From NCBI RefSeq assembly GCF_004010195.1, contig NC_057755.1, forward strand, positions 11,793,252 through 11,857,251: 64,000 nt of DNA, written 5' to 3'. The stretch is from Chiloscyllium plagiosum (taxonomy: Eukaryota). The notes beneath the pieces were generated by a model. That model was not told where the DNA came from and did no database searches. It saw only the letters and a list, made by a program, of their open reading frames with translations. Position 1 is the first letter of the stretch. Every line of letters begins with the position of its first letter. Position numbers and translations under genes: made by a program. Shown here piece after piece: positions 60,050 through 64,000 of this stretch.

Positions 60050-61170
60050 TGAGGACACTACAGCTGGCTGATACAAGTTTGTTTAGTTTGCAAGATTAAA
60101 GTACATAGGATAAAATGTAATGTACTGAATTCAGGAGTGGCTAACAGGCATAAAACAGAATTAAAAGCTTCATTCTTGCATTGGCAGGATGTAACCAATG
60201 AGGTAACACAAGAATCAATTCTTGGACTCCACCTGTTCACAATATACCATATATCAATGATTTGGAGATGGGACCAAATGTAATTTTTCCACTTCCATTG
60301 AAATTGCAAAGCTAAGTAGAAATGTGTTTTGTGAGGAAGATGTCAAGTGATTTCAGGAGGATTTAGACTGGCTTAGTGATTTGGATGAGATCATGACTGT
60401 TGGAATGTAATGTGAAAAAAAATGAGGTTATCCACTTTGTGCTGAATATTTCTTATGTGGTAAAAGTTAAAAAGTGTAAATGTACAAAGGGACCTCAACA
60501 TTCTTGTCAGTAAGTTACTGAAGGCTGACATGGAGGCACACTAAGTAATCAGAAAGGCTAATATGTTGGACTTTATCACCAGAGGATTTGAGTATAGAAG
60601 TAGCAAAGTCTTGCTTTAATTGTATAGAACCTTGGATAAAATGCACCTGGAGTACTCTGTACAGTTTTGGTCTCTGAAGATTATTATTGCCATAGAGGGA
60701 GGACCCAAAGTTTCACCAGACTTGTTCCTGGAATGATAGAACTGTACTATGAAGAAACATTGGCCAAACTGGGTCCAGACAATTCTCTAGAGTTTTGAAG
60801 AATGAGAATGAAACTTTGAAAATATTTTAAGCAATAGACTATGTCGATACAATTGAGATGATCCCCTTGTTGGGGAGTCTATAACCAGGGGACACAATTT
60901 AAGAATAAGTGGAGTGCCACTTAGCTCTGAGATTAAGATAATTTTCTTTTTACTCAGGTTTGTGAAGCTTTTGAATTCTGTAACTCAAAGACTGTGCAAG
61001 CTTCGTCTTTGAGAATGTTTAAAGCTTTAAAAGATTTCTAAGTAGCAATGCCATTATAGTTTGAGAATAGTGTGAGAAAAAGCCTTTGATTAGGATGATG
61101 AGATGTGATTGTATTGAATAGCAGGGCAGACCTGACAAGCTGAACAGACACTTTATGCTTTTATGTACCC
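60050..61170 (+). mobile_element. Old CR1 RT/3' fragment
   Basis: Nucleotide remnants cacctggagtactctgtacagttttggtct (HLEYCVQFWS) and a 3' UTR. Confidence 0.7.
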
Positions 61171-61819
61171 AAATAAGCATTCTCTTATATTGATTAGTCC
61201 CCATATGCCAAGAAGATGTTTGACTTCTTCAGGGATGCTTTGAGGACATTACTAAAGTGTCTCCTTAGAGGTGGCTTTAAGTGATTAGCGCCTGATGCTT
61301 AGCTCTGCCTCGCCGACTGCAAAAATGAATAAAGTTGATTTGGGGCTTGAAAATGAATTAGAGAATTACAGTGTCAGGCTCCTGAAGGGTTAGCATTGCT
61401 TTCTTGTTTTTACTCAAAAAAGCCCCGCGACAGTGAAAACATTGTTTTCCTGTCTGCTAGATAGTAGCAAATGCTCTTCCTTTTGCTCAAAGATTTAAAA
61501 AAAACTTCCCTGTTTCACCCAATGTGCACCTCTGCATCAGGTACACCTGGGATTTCAAAATGAAAATTCATTTCCAGAGTTCAGAAATGGATTTTTTCCT
61601 CAACAACTTCGTTGTATAAAATCTGCTTGCATGGCTATTCTTCTCAGAAAAATTTGTTTGAATGGTTTTGAGAAATAAAATTTGAATCCTTTGATTACAA
61701 TCAAATGCCTTTCTTCGTACTATATTCAATTCAGAATGGTGTTAATCAAGTCAAGCAGGACCCAATGTCTTAACAAGATAAAACAGCATCATGAAGTGGT
61801 ACACTTCTGTGACATTAAA

Positions 61820-64000
61820 GAAGAACACAAGATAAGCAGGAGTCGGCAATCCAACCCATCAAGTCTGCCATTTAATACATTCATCTCTGATCTCTCTGTC
61901 TCACCTCCACTTTCCTGCCTGCTCCCCATAGCACTTTAATCCATTTATAATTCAAAGTCTGTTTATCTTTACCTTAAATCTTTTCAGACTCCCAGCACTC
62001 TGTGATAGTGATTTCCACAGATTCGCAACACTTCAAAAGAAGTAATTCTTCCTCTTCTCTGTTTTAAACCTGCCACTCTGTACCCTAAAATTATGAGCTC
62101 TTATTCTAGGTTGCCCCACTTTGTCAATCCCTGTTCGCACCTTCTACACCTCAAGCAGATCTTCTTTAATCCTTCTAAACTCTAGCAAGTATCGGCCTAA
62201 ACTGCCCGATCTCTCTTCATAAGACAAATCTTTCATCTCTGGAATTAGACAAATAAACCTTCCCTGAACTGCCTGAATGCAATTACATCCTTCCTCAAGA
62301 AAGGAGGCACTATACACAGTACTCCAGATGCAGTATCACCCCAATGCCTAATACAATCGCAACAGCACTTCCCTGTATCGTAGGACACAGAATTTATAGT
62401 AAGAGATATCATTTTTTTGGTAAAATCTTAAGTTATCTCGGGAATGTGACTTGAAAGAAGTTCTGGAGTTTACATATTAATGAATCAAAATGCACTCATT
62501 TTATGTGACTAAGACTTAACAGCAATCTTGATTTATTCAATATATTGCATCAGTTGTATAACAGTTTGATCTTTTACTGTAAATTGTGTGTCCTCTGATT
62601 CTGAGGAGAAAGTGAGGACTGCAGATGCTGGAGATCGGAGCTTAAAAATGTGTTGCTGGAAAAGCGCAGCAGGTCAGGCAGCATCAAAGGAGAAGGAGAA
62701 TTGACGTTTCGGGCATAAGCCATTCTTCCAGCAACACATTTTTAAGCTCTGTCCTCTGATTCTGCCCCACTAGCTACCTGATAAAGGAGCAGGTTCCAAA
62801 AGTTTGTATTTCCAAATACAATCATCAGACTATAACCTAGTGGTTTGTGATTTTTAACTTTCTGCTGGTTAGCCAATCCTCTCTATACAGACTCATATAT
62901 TATCCCTAACTTGGTGTGATTTTATCTTGTGTATTAATCTTTGTGCCACACCTTATCCAGTATCTACTGGAATATATCTACAGGATCCCCATTATCCACT
63001 TGGCTTGTTACATCTTCAAAAACAAACTCTAGCAAATTAGTCAAACAAAATTTACCCTTTATCAAACGATGCTGATTCTAATGCGTTATGTTTTCACTTA
63101 GAACAAGAGTTGAGGAGAAATTTCTTCACCCAGACAGTGGTGGATGTATGGAATGCTGTGCCCCAGAAGGCAGTGGGGCCAAGTCTCTGGATACTTTCAC
63201 AAAAGAAATGGACAGAACTCTTAAAGATAGTGGAATCAAAGGTTATGCGGATAAGGCAGGAACAGTATACTGACTGTGGATGATCAGCCATGATCATAAT
63301 GAATGGTGGTGCTGGCTCAAAGAGCCGAATGGCCTACTCCTGCACCTATTGTCTATTGACTTTAGAAATATCCTATATGACTTCCTTAATAACGGATTCC
63401 AATAATTTCCCAGTGACAGATGTTAAACTAACTGGTCTTTACTTTCCTATTTTCTACTTTGTTTTGAATAGCAGTGTTATGTTAGCATTTTTTGAATCCA
63501 ATGGAACCTTTCCAAGATCCAGGAAAGTTTGATATGTATAACCAGTGGCATTATCTCTGCTGCCACATCCTTTAAGACCTTAGAATGTAGGCCATGAGAC
63601 CCAAGAGACTTAGAAGACAGAACAATACAGAACAGGCCCTTCAGCCCTCGATGTTGCGTCGACCTGTGAACTATTCTCAACTCGTCCCCCTACACTATCC
63701 CAAAATCATCCATATGCTTATCTAAGGATCGTTTAAATCTCCCTAATGTGGCTGAGTTGACTACCTTAGCAGGTCAGGCATTCCACGCCCATACGACTCT
63801 CTGCGTAAAGAACTTGCCTCTGACATCTGTCTTAAATCTATCACCCCTCAATTTGTAGTTATGCCCTCTCGTACAAGCTGACATCATCATCCTAGGAAAA
63901 CGTCTTTCTCTGTCTACCTATCTAATCCTCCGATCATCTTGTATGTCTTTATCAAATCCCCCCTTAGCCTTCTTCTTTCCAATGAGAACAGACCCAAGTC
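61820..64000. mobile_element. Nested CR1 fragments and a PLE pLTR remnant (62360-62860)
   Basis: CR1 3' ends at 61820 (-), 63090-63360 (+) and 63610-64000 (-). The pLTR remnant is related to 25084-25620. Confidence 0.72.
62604..62749 (-). mobile_element. Short partly fold-back family A insert with perfect 15-bp TSD
   Basis: TGTCCTCTGATTCTG at 62589-62603 and 62750-62764. agcttaaaaatgtgttgctggaa is inverted at the right end. Confidence 0.85.

Overview
Vertebrate genomic DNA, most likely a shark (inferred from the HE1-type V-SINEs, abundant CR1 LINEs and Penelope-like elements). The window holds the last six coding exons and 3' UTR of CCAR1 (+ strand, 10007-29607), about 24 kb of repeat-rich intergenic DNA, and the GC-rich promoter and first coding exon of STOX1 (+ strand, 53480-53771). 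This is the same gene order as in human. Most of the rest is decayed, often nested CR1 LINE fragments, two SINE families and Penelope-like elements (PLEs). There are three N-gaps. The most interesting signal is a set of minimal hammerhead ribozyme motifs (CUGANGA, stem II, GAAAC-GUC) in PLE pseudo-LTRs from several distinct families. These include six tiny (about 115-235 bp) ORF-less inserts, most of them fold-back, each with a 13-15 bp target-site duplication (perfect in four, imperfect in two) and a constant ...CTCACTTTCTCC-type tail. They look like a recently active, non-autonomous, ribozyme-carrying PLE derivative. All gene and family names come from recalled sequence similarity, not from database searches.
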